Below are positions 21,081 through 31,412 of a stretch of DNA of 64,000 bases, piece after piece. Both the position numbers and the translations under genes were made by a program. Source of the stretch: Selaginella moellendorffii. Lineage: Eukaryota > Plantae > Lycopodiophyta. Under the pieces are notes generated by a model that did not search any database, was not told where the DNA came from, and was given only the letters and a program-made list of their open reading frames with translations. The first letter of the stretch is position 1. Each line of letters starts with the position of its first letter. The DNA is taken from positions 2,693,671 to 2,757,670 of the forward strand of contig NW_003314275.1 in the NCBI RefSeq assembly GCF_000143415.4. Direction: 5' to 3'.

Positions 21081-22631
21081 CTACAATGCTCGCGAGGAAG
21101 AAGACGAACAGGCGTGGATCCCGTGGTAGAATCCCTTGTTCCTCCTTGCGAGGGCCGCGAATCCCACACCAGCAATGGCGCAGCAAATCGCCACGGCCAG
21201 GAACGATGATCCGAAGCACCGCGATCCCACGCACAGCAATCCCTGCTCGTTCTGGGCATCGTAGATCGATCCCACCAGCAGCACCGAGAGGAGGAGCGCG
21301 CCGATCGGGCACGCGAAGGTGATGATGTTGAGAATGGAGCTGAAGCTCGCGAGGCCGAAGAGATCCGAGGCGGTGGCGATGGCGAGGCACCAGAACGCGC
21401 CATCCGCGATGCCCGAGAGGATCGCCACGAAGAAGAGAGCGCCGTGGACGGCAATGCTGCCCAGGAGCAAGCTTGCTACCTGGATCGCGGCTGTGAGGAT
21501 CAAAAACACTGGCCTTGGTGTGCCATAAACCCTAAGAGCGTGCTCCGAGAGAATGCCCGAGCCGAGTCTTCCCACACAGCTGCCGATCGAGAAGAGGGAG
21601 ACGCAAATGGTGATCGTCCGCGAGGAGTAGCCGAGGGAGTGGCCGAATTGCGAGAGATTGCTGGTCACCACGCTCGTGGAGCCGGTGCCGAGAAGAACTC
21701 CGAGGAAGAGCAGCCAGAAATCCAGCGTTGCAATCGCCTCGAGCGTCGTGAATTCGCCCCCAATCTGCCCGTGGATCGCGAATCCTTGCTCTTGGATCAC
21801 GGAGGATTCTTCGCTGGATTCTAGAATTCTTGGCAGCAAACCTTCGATTTTGGATTCGTGCTCCTCGTTCTTTCGATCGGGCTTGACTAGCACGTAGATC
21901 GGCGAGAGGAGTATGAGACACATTCCAAGATTGACGAGCACGATCTGGATCCGGTCGAGCGTGATGACACTCTCGACGATCACGGCCGCGAGCAAGAAGG
22001 CTGCGAGGAAGATCAAGCTCGCCGCGAGAAGCATCGACTTCCAAGAAATCGAGGATGGGGCCTGGAAAGGGGCAGGGATTTTGCGAGAGATGGCGAGGAT
22101 TGGGAGCGCGGAGAGGAGTGGCAGCAGCCACGCGAGCATCAGAGGCATGCATTCTTCGCGGCCATGGCAGACGAGAAGGAAGAACTGGACCAAGATCGAG
22201 GCGCTCAATCCGACGAGGCCCTTGAGGTAGCCAAGAACGAACCCTCGCGCGCCGGGGAAGATCCTCACGCCGCTCACGAGCGCGGCCGTCTGGATGTACG
22301 TCTGTGCGAATCCGACGAGCAATTGGAAGAGGGAGAGGTGCCAGAGGGAGAAGAGGGAGGGATTCTTGATCGCGAGCCAGATGAGGAAGTAGCCGCAGCT
22401 GCTGTGAGCAATTCCCAGGCCGACGATCGCCGGCGGAGGAATGCGATCGTAGAGAAGCGCCGGGCCGATTCCACTGGAGCTTCCCAGGGTATTGAAGAAT
22501 GCAAGCGTGTCGAGGCTCTTTTGATCGAGCGCGAGCGCGAGTTTGAGCGCCTGGGAGTAGGATCCGAAGAGATAGGAGGAGCCATTGAGAGATTGGAGCC
22601 ATCCAGTGGCAATGAGACCCAGCCACGCCAT
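21081..22631 (-). CDS. Nodulin-like / NFD4-like MFS transporter (tandem paralog)
   Basis: Intronless 516 aa; WLQSLNGSSYLFGSYS, FPGARGFVLGYLKGLVGLS, GGEFTTLEAIATLDFWLLF, CVGSRCF. Confidence 0.9.
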   Translation of the reverse strand: MAWLGLIATGWLQSLNGSSYLFGSYSQALKLALALDQKSLDTLAFFNTLGSSSGIGPALLYDRIPPPAIVGLGIAHSSCGYFLIWLAIKNPSLFSLWHLSLFQLLVGFAQTYIQTAALVSGVRIFPGARGFVLGYLKGLVGLSASILVQFFLLVCHGREECMPLMLAWLLPLLSALPILAISRKIPAPFQAPSSISWKSMLLAASLIFLAAFLLAAVIVESVITLDRIQIVLVNLGMCLILLSPIYVLVKPDRKNEEHESKIEGLLPRILESSEESSVIQEQGFAIHGQIGGEFTTLEAIATLDFWLLFLGVLLGTGSTSVVTSNLSQFGHSLGYSSRTITICVSLFSIGSCVGRLGSGILSEHALRVYGTPRPVFLILTAAIQVASLLLGSIAVHGALFFVAILSGIADGAFWCLAIATASDLFGLASFSSILNIITFACPIGALLLSVLLVGSIYDAQNEQGLLCVGSRCFGSSFLAVAICCAIAGVGFAALARRNKGFYHGIHACSSSSSRAL

Positions 22632-22690
22632 TTGGAGCCAAGAACCCTAGTTTTGAAGAACCCTAAAATAATCTCTCGCTCGCCATCGCC

Positions 22691-25007
22691 ATGGCGGCAG
22701 TGGAGGATCGTATCGAGGCGGAGATTGTCGCGGAGAATTCTGCGAATGGAGCTGAGGGATTGATTGCCAAGGGTGTGGCGCCTGTGCAGAAGGAATTTCT
22801 GGTCTCGGCACAGGTGCGTTCTACCATTTCGGACAAGGACGCCGCCAAGATTTCCAGCGAGAAGAAGTCCAAGCGGAAGATAAGAAAAGAGCGAAAGCAG
22901 GTGCGATGTCTTCGTGTTCCTCGTATCTCTGATCGCCATTGTGTTGTGTCTGTGCTCTATCCAGGCTAGAAAGCTCGAGGTGTGCAATGCCGTGGTTAGA
23001 GCTGGTGATCCAAATGCCTGTCCATTTGGGGAGAACTGTAGATTTAGCCACGACTTGGAAGGCTACTTGGCACAGGTACGTCAATTGTGATTCGTTTCTT
23101 TGTTTCTCATCTCTTTGATTTTTGTTAAGAAACCGGAAGATCTTCCTGGAGTTTGCCCGTCAGTGAGCTTGAATGTGCCTTGTCCTTATGGAGTAAGGTG
23201 TCGATTCTACGGAACTCACACAAAACAAGATCTGCCGAAGGAAAACCCCGAGGGTGCGATGGATGGAGACGAGGAAACATCGGGCGCTGGCGAGATCAAT
23301 GTTCTCCGAAAGGATTTTCAGAAGTCACTCTGGAAGAAACTTGAGAGCTTTCCTAAAGCTGATAGCCAGCTACAAGCGATGGGTCTCAAAGTGAGTCTCT
23401 TCGTTTTCTATCTGCCGCGCTCAAAGCTTTTCTTCTTTCTGAACAGAACAAGGTTTATGGACCTAAGAAGGGTGCTACAACGGAAGGAGAAAATGGTGGA
23501 GCTGAAACGCATGACGAAAACAATGACGTATCGGATGACGCAGTTCCGCCTTTGAAGAAGCCAAAGCTTGTGGATCCTGTGGATGATGCTAAAGAACAAG
23601 GAGATGGCTGCAAGCTAAACAGCAGGGAGAAGAAGAAAATCGACTTGAAAGGCAAGCTTTATCTTGCCCCTCTGACGACAGTCGGGAATCTTCCGTTTCG
23701 GAGGCTGTGTAAGAAGCTCGGGGCCGACGTTACCTGTGGAGAGATGGCGATGTGTACAAACCTTCTTCAGGTAATTTTGATGTGTCTTGAACTTGCTAAA
23801 ACTAAGTTGTTCCAGGGCCACGCATCCGAGTGGGCTCTTTTGAGGCGCCACCCTGTTGAAGACTGTTTTGGCGTCCAGATTTGTGGCTCTTATGCTGATT
23901 CTCTGACGAAGACGGTCGAGCTGATCGAAAGAGAATGCACTGTTGACTTCATCGACATAAACCTTGGCTGTCCCATAGATATCGTCGTCAAGAAAGGAGC
24001 TGGGTCCTGCCTTCTCACAAAGCCGACCAGGCTGGAGCAGATCGTGAGAGCTACTGCGTCGATCATGGAAAAGCCTTTGACACTCAAGGTAATCTTTTTT
24101 CGGTTTGTCTTTCCGCCTTTGAGCGTTGATCGCTTTCCATTCTCGCAGATGCGTACAGGCTATTTCGAGGGAAAAAATTGTGCTCACTCGATGATCTCTG
24201 AGTTGAGCAACTGGGGAGTCTCGGCAGTCACGGTTCACGGGAGAACTCGACAGCAGCGTTACAGCAAGCTCGCGGACTGGGTGTATATCTACGACTGTGC
24301 AAAGCGTGCCCCTGATGACTTGCAAGTTCTCGGCAATGGCGACATTTTCTCGTATAGCGACTGGAACGAGCACATGTTACCCGACCTAAACCTCTCGTCG
24401 TGTATGCTTGCGAGAGGAGCGCTCATCAAGGTACGCAAACTGATCAAGTAAGCGTCTTCGAATTTCGAATTTTTTTTGCATTGCAGCCGTGGCTTTTGAC
24501 GGAGATCAAGGAACAAAGGCACTGGGATATCAGTTCCAACGAAAGGCTCGATCTGTTGCGTGATTATACGCAATTTGGATTGGAACACTGGGGCTCTGAC
24601 TCCAAAGGTATGTGTTCTTGGTTTCATTAGCTACAGCGAAGTTAAACGTGTTCTTCAGGCGTGGAAACGACTCGAAAGTTTCTTTTGGAGTGGCTGAGCT
24701 ACTTACACAGATACATACCGGTGGGACTCCTGGAAGTTATCCCACAAAGGCTAAACTGGCGACCTCCGCGCTACGTTGGTCGAAACGATCTCGAGACGCT
24801 CATGGCATCGGACAGTGCTGCAGACTGGGTACGCAAAGCTCATACTTGATCTCTTTTCTTCGCAAAACTCATATTTGCTTTGACCGATCTCTTTTCTTTC
24901 TTTCGCAGGTCCGCATTAGCGAGATGCTCCTTGGTCCCGCTCCAGAGGGATTTGTCTTCACTCCCAAGCACAAGTCGAGTGCTTACGACAAGGCCGAGAA
25001 TGGTTAA
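22691..25007 (+). CDS. DUS3: tRNA-dihydrouridine(47) synthase with CCCH zinc fingers, multi-exon
   Basis: [12 protein letters not shown] and CPYGVRCRF zinc fingers; [61 protein letters not shown]. Confidence 0.92.
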
Positions 25008-25210
25008 GCCGATCTCGCTGAATTTTTTTTGACGGGACAAAAAGATACCTTTTTGTTCTTGCGAGCTAGGAGGAACTTCAAACTGCTAGGAAACTTTTTC
25101 GTTCTTTCTTGCGAAGAGCTAGGAGGAACTTAAGAGGTAACACTTCCGTTTAGAACGCTTGCAATACACAAAAACAAAAGGGGTGAATTCTCCTTCCTTG
25201 CATCGATGAA

Positions 25211-25653
25211 TCAGTCCTCCTCGTCGGCCGCGTTCTCGGCGATGTTGAAGTATCGGAGCTCGTAGACGCTGCGGTCAGTGTTGGACGCGATCACTCGCAG
25301 CCAATCCCTCACGTTGTGCTTCTTGAGGTATTTCTTGGTCAAGTATTTCAAGTACCTGGCACAAAACCCATTGAGATCTTCGTAGCAGAGAAAAAGAGAG
25401 AATTTGATCACCTCTTGGAGAATGCGTTCTCGGATGTGACGCTGATCTTGTTGCGCTCCCTGGTGATGGTCACAGTATCGCCCAGGACACCCGTTTTGCC
25501 CCCTACCTTGATCCGGTCCTGGAGGAACTTCTCGAAAGAGGCGATCTCCATGATCTTGTCCTCCACGGGCTTGCCGCAGTCGATCGTGAAGGTCGCCTTC
25601 TTCTTCCCCTTGGATGCCGCTCCCGCCGCGCCCTTCTTCGTCGCGGGCGCCAT
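25211..25653 (-). CDS. RPL22: 60S ribosomal protein L22e, 2 exons
   Basis: [33 protein letters not shown] / [29 protein letters not shown]; intron ~25357-25411. Confidence 0.96.
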
Positions 25654-25821
25654 CGCTACACGCACAACCACAGCCGCCGTAAAGCCCTAGCCCTAAATCT
25701 CGGAAAACCTAAAGTGGTGCCCTAAAAGTCAAAGTAAAATGCGCGAAAAAGTAATAAGAGGATCTGACGTGTCTTCCCTCGCAAGCATTGAGAATTAGGG
25801 TTCTTGCGAGTGAGCTAGGCG

Positions 25822-26569
25822 ATGGATCTCGCGAAGACGAGAGGGCGGGTCGTGACGCTCATCACGGCCTTCATCGTTCTCACGTTCCTTGGTAATCCCC
25901 ATCTCACATTGCACGAATTTCTTAGGCGCGCGACTGATTGATCGCGTTTTTTCTTCTACAGCCGAGAAATCCCGGCAGATTGTCGGTGAGGAGCGATCGT
26001 CGCAATCCGGGAAGTTCTCCTGGATGGACTGCTTCGATCTAGGCAGCGGCACTCTGGCGTGCTCGATCAAGGAGGGCGTCAAGCTCTACACGTACAACAT
26101 CCGCTCCGGGATCGTGGAGAAATCCCGGCACAAGGCCTACGAGATCGCGCTCGAGGACGCACTCCACGAGGGCCTGTCGATCCAGGAGGCGTCCAGGGCG
26201 GCGGCGGTGGCCGGGAAGAAGGCCGCGAAGATTTCCTCGCGCAAGGCGAGGAGGATCACGGGGCCGGTCATAGCGGCGGCGTGGGATTTCTTCGAGGCGA
26301 TCTACTACGGCGGAGGGCCGATCGAGGCGACGATGCGCGGCGCTGGGACGATGTGTGGGGCGTGGATGGGAGGGATCGAGGGGGAAAGGAAGCTCGGGCG
26401 GATCGGCTATCTCATTGGCAGCCATCTGGGGAATTGGATTGGCGGGAGAGTTGGATTGATGCTCTATGACATTGGCAACGCTGCGTGGTTTCTCAAGGAG
26501 CAAGCCACTGCGATGCTTGGTGGAGGGATCACGGTAGAGGAGGAGAGTGCCGTGGAAGTGGAGCTGTGA
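25822..26569 (+). CDS. Uncharacterized membrane-anchored protein with a C-terminal glycine-zipper-like segment, 2 exons
   Basis: Exon 1 MDLAKTRGRVVTLITAFIVLTFL; GT-AG intron ~25892-25961; then EKSRQ..WMDCFDLGSGTLACSIKEGVKLY..GYLIGSHLGNWIGGRVGLMLYD. Confidence 0.75.
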
Positions 26570-26704
26570 CGATGATCCACGAATCTAGGTAGAGTTTTCG
26601 CGTGATCGATCGGGAGTGCCACCGAGAAAGAGGAAAGAACGATTTGGATGATTGTTTATAAAGTGTTTTATAGTGGAGAGGTTGATTACCTACAGAACGA
26701 TGCG

Positions 26705-27609
26705 ATGGGCTCTCTTCGGTCGTGCGCGCTCGCGGTGGTGGATGGAAGCCGGGATTTCAAGCATGGAGGAGCTAGCGCTGGCGGCGCCGCTGCGAGGCGA
26801 GTGATGATCGGCGGGATTGCGAGGAGGAATGGAGCTTCTTCTTCGTCGGCTAGGGTTGTGGCTATGGCGGGCGTGGTCGTGGCGGAGCCAGTGCTGTGCA
26901 TTGGCAGAACGCTTGTCTTCTACGCGTTCTTGCAGCTCGGGCTTGCGGGACGGGCAGCCTCCGGTAAGATCAATGCGGCATTGCGGCAGTTCGATCGAGA
27001 AATACCCTGATCGATTGATTGTCACAGACGAGGAGAATGGATGGGAAGCGTGGCTCCAGCGCGTTCTTTTTGGAACTTCAGGTATACATTTCTTTGATTT
27101 CCCTCTCTTGGGAGATTTTAGGGTTCTTCCTCCGGTGCCAGGGAAGCGGAAGAACGAGAGGAACGAACAAGTGAGATTCCGGACGAAGTGGCACGCCAGC
27201 ACCAAGGGCACGCTCGTCCGGCGCTACCGCGTCCCCACCGTCGCGCAGGGCCGGAAGCTCCTCACGGCCATCTCCTCCCTGCTCTCCAGCGACGATTCCT
27301 TCCGCGATGCGAGCTCCCACAAGGTACTGCCATCGTTCTTTCGATCTCCCGCTCGATATTTCGATCAATTCCGATCGAAATATCGCTGAATCGCGCTGTC
27401 TTCTTCGCTAGGGATGCCAGATCCGCCGGGAGAATGCGCACGCCGAGTCCGTGTGCTGCCACAATGTGAGGGCTCTCCTGGACCAGCTCCCGACGCCGCA
27501 TCTGGTGGTGGAAATCACGGCATTCCCTCCGGCTCCAACGATCACCGAGATCCAGTACGCCAAGGCCGAGAAGATCGAGCAGGTTCTCAGGAAGGGCGTC
27601 TCGATCTGA
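26705..27609 (+). CDS. Uncharacterized protein with transit-peptide-like N-terminus, multi-exon
   Basis: Ser/Ala/Arg-rich N-terminus; GT-AG introns at ~26964, ~27082 and ~27324; KWHASTKGTLVRRYRV..ASSHK/GCQIRRENAHAESVCCHNVRAL. Confidence 0.7.
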
Positions 27610-28229
27610 CGAACGAGGGAATGTAAAACTAGCGCACGGTATATTCGCGTGCTCGAGTGGCGGCATATTCGCGTGACCGCCGTACTCCACAATGTCAGTA
27701 CTGTTCCTTTTACCTTTTTTTTTCTGCTCACTGTGTTGTATTAATGTGCAGACATTTTCTTTTGGCAACGCAGCAACAGTTTCGATCGATCGATGCGAGA
27801 TTCGTCCTGCGGTAGAACCCCACGAGGATAAGAAGGAAGGACACTTTTTTCTCTTTAAAAGATCTTTTTTCTACTGAGGAACAGCTAGGCTCCTCAGGTA
27901 ATGGTTTTCATTTGTCTCGCGATTGGTGCGAAGGAATGTGATGTTGCTGTGTTGTAGGTGAGGGAAGTGAGCGAGAAATCGGGAGAGTGGGGCGGCTCAT
28001 TTAATCCACTGGACCGTCCCTCTGACTTGGGTCTTTGCTGGATTTGCGACCCACGATGGATTTTTGGAGCTGTTGGATTTGAGCTGCTGCTCCTGTCTCG
28101 ATCCGTGGCTGGTAAGACTGAGGCTCAGATTTTTCTTTTCTGCTGGACGAACTTTGGAGCAACGTTGTTGTTGTTTTGCAGCCAGGCTAGAATCCGCCCC
28201 TCTTGGAGAAGCTGTTGTGTCTGGATGCG

Positions 28230-30524
28230 ATGGAGAGCGTCAAGGCTGGCGAGAGCTACGACTCCGACGAGTGGAGCAGCAGCCACGGGGAGGAGGAGGA
28301 TCACCAGTCTGTTGGAATCAAGTGCGACAATGGGTGGGACGAAGAAGAGGCTGAAAAATCAGAATGCACGTCCCAGTCTTCGTGGGACGAGGAAGAAGAC
28401 GAGCAGGACGAGGTGCAGAGCTTCTTGGAAGAGACTCCAGAGTTCCGTGCTAAAGTTCAGTACCAAGTCAGGGTGGTGGCTCTTATCCCCGGATTCGAGA
28501 ACTCGGGTCGCAAGGTCTCTACGTTTCCACACTTTTACAAGCTTCGTTTTGGGAAGAGTTTACTGGAGAAGACTGGATTCAGCTCTGCTGATCTCCTGTG
28601 CAAGTCGATGCCGCACGTAATCCAGCGACAGGCTCTGGACGAGCACGGCCAAGTTCTGTTGGTGGAATCGCCCAAGAACACGAGGATTGTTGCTGGTATA
28701 AGGTCGGGGCTGAGGAGGATTGTGTTCCACGTACTGAGGCAGTATCCCAAAGGGGTGAGCGCTGGCATTCTCGACGAGGAATGCTCCAAGTTGCTGGCCC
28801 GGCCTCTTTCCGTTGTTCTGAGCGAGCTCACATATGACACTCCCAACGTAGAGTGCATGGTGCGAGACATGGCAGACATTGCCAGCTTCAGGCAGCTTTC
28901 TACTCCAGGAGGATCAAGAGTCTTTCTGTCGAGCGAGGCTGAAGATCCCACGCTTACCGACGGGATTTTAGTCGGCGTTCCCCGGTTGCATCACTCGAGT
29001 AAGTTTCAGCTCTTTGTGTGTTCTGCCAACTTAACTTTGAAATGTTTAGGCAAGGAGAATGGCGATTCGCATGTCAATGAAGCTGTCGCTGAGATAAACG
29101 ACATTTTGCAAGCGAGGTTCAAGATGATCGTTTTGCTGGCACTCCATAGTCGGGGCTTGGAGATAAACAGGTTGCAAAAGACGTTCGCAGAGCTGTACAC
29201 AGAAAATCTCGACTGTAGAGTTCTGGGATTCAGCCACATCGAGGAGTTGCTTGGTGCTTGGACGGATATCGCGCTCGTGCAAGAAGAGACACGCAAGGTT
29301 TTTCTACGTCCGTCAGAGAAGAACAGCCGGCTGCTAAAGACTTTGAGCTCCGGGCTCCGTTTGGCCGTCTTCTCAACGTTGCTGAAATGCTATCCTGATG
29401 GTCTGGAGCCGGCACAGGTGGTAAGCCACCTCCAGCAGTCTCAGATTTTGGAAGCGTATGGAGAAGAGCTGGAGCTGCATCAGTTTTGTTTTGTGGTCGA
29501 CGACATGATGGACTTCATTAGATTTGGCTCTCAGGAGGACGGGACTCTCGTTCTCAAGCTCAGAGATTCCAGCTTCCCTGTGGTGGAACTTCCAGAGTGC
29601 AGCCAAGCCGATGACGACGAGATTGCAAAGCTTTGCTTGGAAGGAGAGGAGAGCGCCGCCAGTCCTAAGGTGGTGCAACTCGCGGCCTTGTACCCTCCAG
29701 TGGTGGAAGTGGAAAATGACGACGATAATGGTGACGGGGAAATGGAGACTAGCGGTGAAGCTCTGGAGCAGCAGCTTCGACTCATTCTCGGATCCCCAGC
29801 TCACGCCGAAAGCGGTTTGCTGTTACCAGATCTCGTCTCAGTCTACAAGGAAAGAAGCGGACGATCTCTCAACGCAACTCAGGTGAAGAGCTTCGCCTCT
29901 AGAACGCCGGGCCTGCTGCGGATGAGCAACGATCGCGTGTGGCTCATCGACAGCCCGAGAAACTCGAGGATCGTGTGGGTGACAAGAGCAGGATTAAGGC
30001 AGGTTCTCTACTGGGCGCTGGTGAAGAATCCCGGTGGCGTTTGGAGCGAGCTGCTGGAAGGCTGGTTCACGGATTTCACAGGCTACAGTCTGGAAGCTAT
30101 TCTTCGCAGGCACGGGTACCGAGCGTCCAGCAAAGAGCCACTTCTGCCGGTTTGCGAGTTCCTGCACGACATGGGCGATCTTTGCAAGGGCCACAGCAAC
30201 AGGACGGTGGAGTTTTTCACCCTGGCTGGCGGACGTGTGGAGGATCCGGTGGAGGGCGATAGCAGGCTCTTGGGATTGAGCTCCGGAGAGATCGAGTACA
30301 ATCCAGTGAAGCTGTGCTTGGAGCTTGACAAGGCGGTGCGTGGCCGACTTGGTGCCGGAGAGAAAGAGGAAGACGGACAACACAGCGAGATTTCCATGGA
30401 GCAAGAGCCATTCCCGGAAGAAAGCGAAGAAGAAGAAGAGGAAGAAGAAGAAGAGGTGGAGGAGAAGAGTAATGGCTATGATCCTCCCAAGGCTTACGCA
30501 ACACCTCTTGTTGTGCCATCGTAG
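28230..30524 (+). CDS. Multi-LOTUS (OST-HTH)-like winged-helix repeat protein with acidic termini, coding region intronless
   Basis: Uninterrupted ORF; LOTUS-like segments FPHFYKLRFGKSL..GFSSADLLCKSMPHVI, LQKTFAELYTENLDCRVLGFSHIEELLGAWTDI and GLLLPDLVSVYKERSGRSL; three internal repeats about 214 aa apart. Confidence 0.6.
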   Translation: MESVKAGESYDSDEWSSSHGEEEDHQSVGIKCDNGWDEEEAEKSECTSQSSWDEEEDEQDEVQSFLEETPEFRAKVQYQVRVVALIPGFENSGRKVSTFPHFYKLRFGKSLLEKTGFSSADLLCKSMPHVIQRQALDEHGQVLLVESPKNTRIVAGIRSGLRRIVFHVLRQYPKGVSAGILDEECSKLLARPLSVVLSELTYDTPNVECMVRDMADIASFRQLSTPGGSRVFLSSEAEDPTLTDGILVGVPRLHHSSKFQLFVCSANLTLKCLGKENGDSHVNEAVAEINDILQARFKMIVLLALHSRGLEINRLQKTFAELYTENLDCRVLGFSHIEELLGAWTDIALVQEETRKVFLRPSEKNSRLLKTLSSGLRLAVFSTLLKCYPDGLEPAQVVSHLQQSQILEAYGEELELHQFCFVVDDMMDFIRFGSQEDGTLVLKLRDSSFPVVELPECSQADDDEIAKLCLEGEESAASPKVVQLAALYPPVVEVENDDDNGDGEMETSGEALEQQLRLILGSPAHAESGLLLPDLVSVYKERSGRSLNATQVKSFASRTPGLLRMSNDRVWLIDSPRNSRIVWVTRAGLRQVLYWALVKNPGGVWSELLEGWFTDFTGYSLEAILRRHGYRASSKEPLLPVCEFLHDMGDLCKGHSNRTVEFFTLAGGRVEDPVEGDSRLLGLSSGEIEYNPVKLCLELDKAVRGRLGAGEKEEDGQHSEISMEQEPFPEESEEEEEEEEEEVEEKSNGYDPPKAYATPLVVPS

Positions 30525-30818
30525 CAGCCACATTGGGAGTTTTCTCTTCTGGATATCTTCTGTCAAGCGATGGAAGATGTTCATCGCAAGCGTCTAAAAA
30601 ATAATCACTTACCAAGTGAAAGAACTCTAAATGCTGCAATGGCTACGATGCTTTCTATGGGCGCCAAGGCTCCACTTTCAAGTATTTTCTTATCGATGGA
30701 GTTCTACGATCTCTTTCAACTCTACACATGCGTTTATATAGAATACGAGAGAAGGAAATCCAAAGGATGAGGAAGCGCGTGGAGGAGGTGCAAATTGGTA
30801 CGAGTATCACGTAATCAT

Positions 30819-30883
30819 TAAAATATGTAATTCTAGTGGTTATGACACTGAACTCTGAATCCGGTAACCCGAGTTTCGCCGAA
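30819..30883 (+). pseudogene. Inverted, deleted copy of the neighbouring tRNA-Gln gene
   Basis: tctagtggttatgacactgaactctgaatccggtaacccgagtt; lacks the 5' acceptor strand and part of the T-loop; retains the 5' flank aaatatgtaat. Confidence 0.8.
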
Positions 30884-31000
30884 AGTTTGTTTTGTATATT
30901 CTCAATGAAAAGGTTCTAAGGTATTGATAACAAAGTTGGCAAATATATTAGAATTATCCGGTATCATCACCAGAATTGTCCGTGCATACAATAAGTTAAG

Positions 31001-31072
31001 AGGTTTCGCCGAGATTTGAACTCGGGTTACTGGATTCAGAGTCCAGTGTCATCACCACTAGACCACGAAACC
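31001..31072 (-). tRNA. tRNA-Gln (CTG)
   Basis: GGTTTCGTGGTCTAGTGGTGATGACACTGGACTCTGAATCCAGTAACCCGAGTTCAAATCTCGGCGAAACCT folds into a cloverleaf with anticodon CTG. Confidence 0.93.
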
Positions 31073-31412
31073 ATTACGTATTTAAATCACCTCATTTGGT
31101 TATTCTAATTCTCACGGAAAGTCCAAGTGAAAGCCAAGTCTTCGATGTCGGTTTCATCATCCCGGCTGCCCTTTGGAATTTATACTGAAGCAAAGCCGAG
31201 GTGGATTGGAACAACTACAGAAAGGGAAAACAAAGAAAAAAAATAACAAAAGAAGAATCACGAAAGTCATACAAAGAAGACGAGGAATGGCAGCGAACAC
31301 AACTTCTTTTCCTTCTTGACCGTCAGCGTCTTCCCTCCAGTGTCCCCGACTTATCCAGGCCAGATCTCTCGATCCACCGCGAGCCTCCAGGATCAAAGCG
31401 AAAGGGGAGAGA

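Noticed and set aside
30500-30524. C-terminal ..PLVVPS resembling a plant KASH tail, tempting given the nearby SUN genes
   Set aside because: No transmembrane helix precedes it (the region is poly-Glu), and KASH proteins require one.
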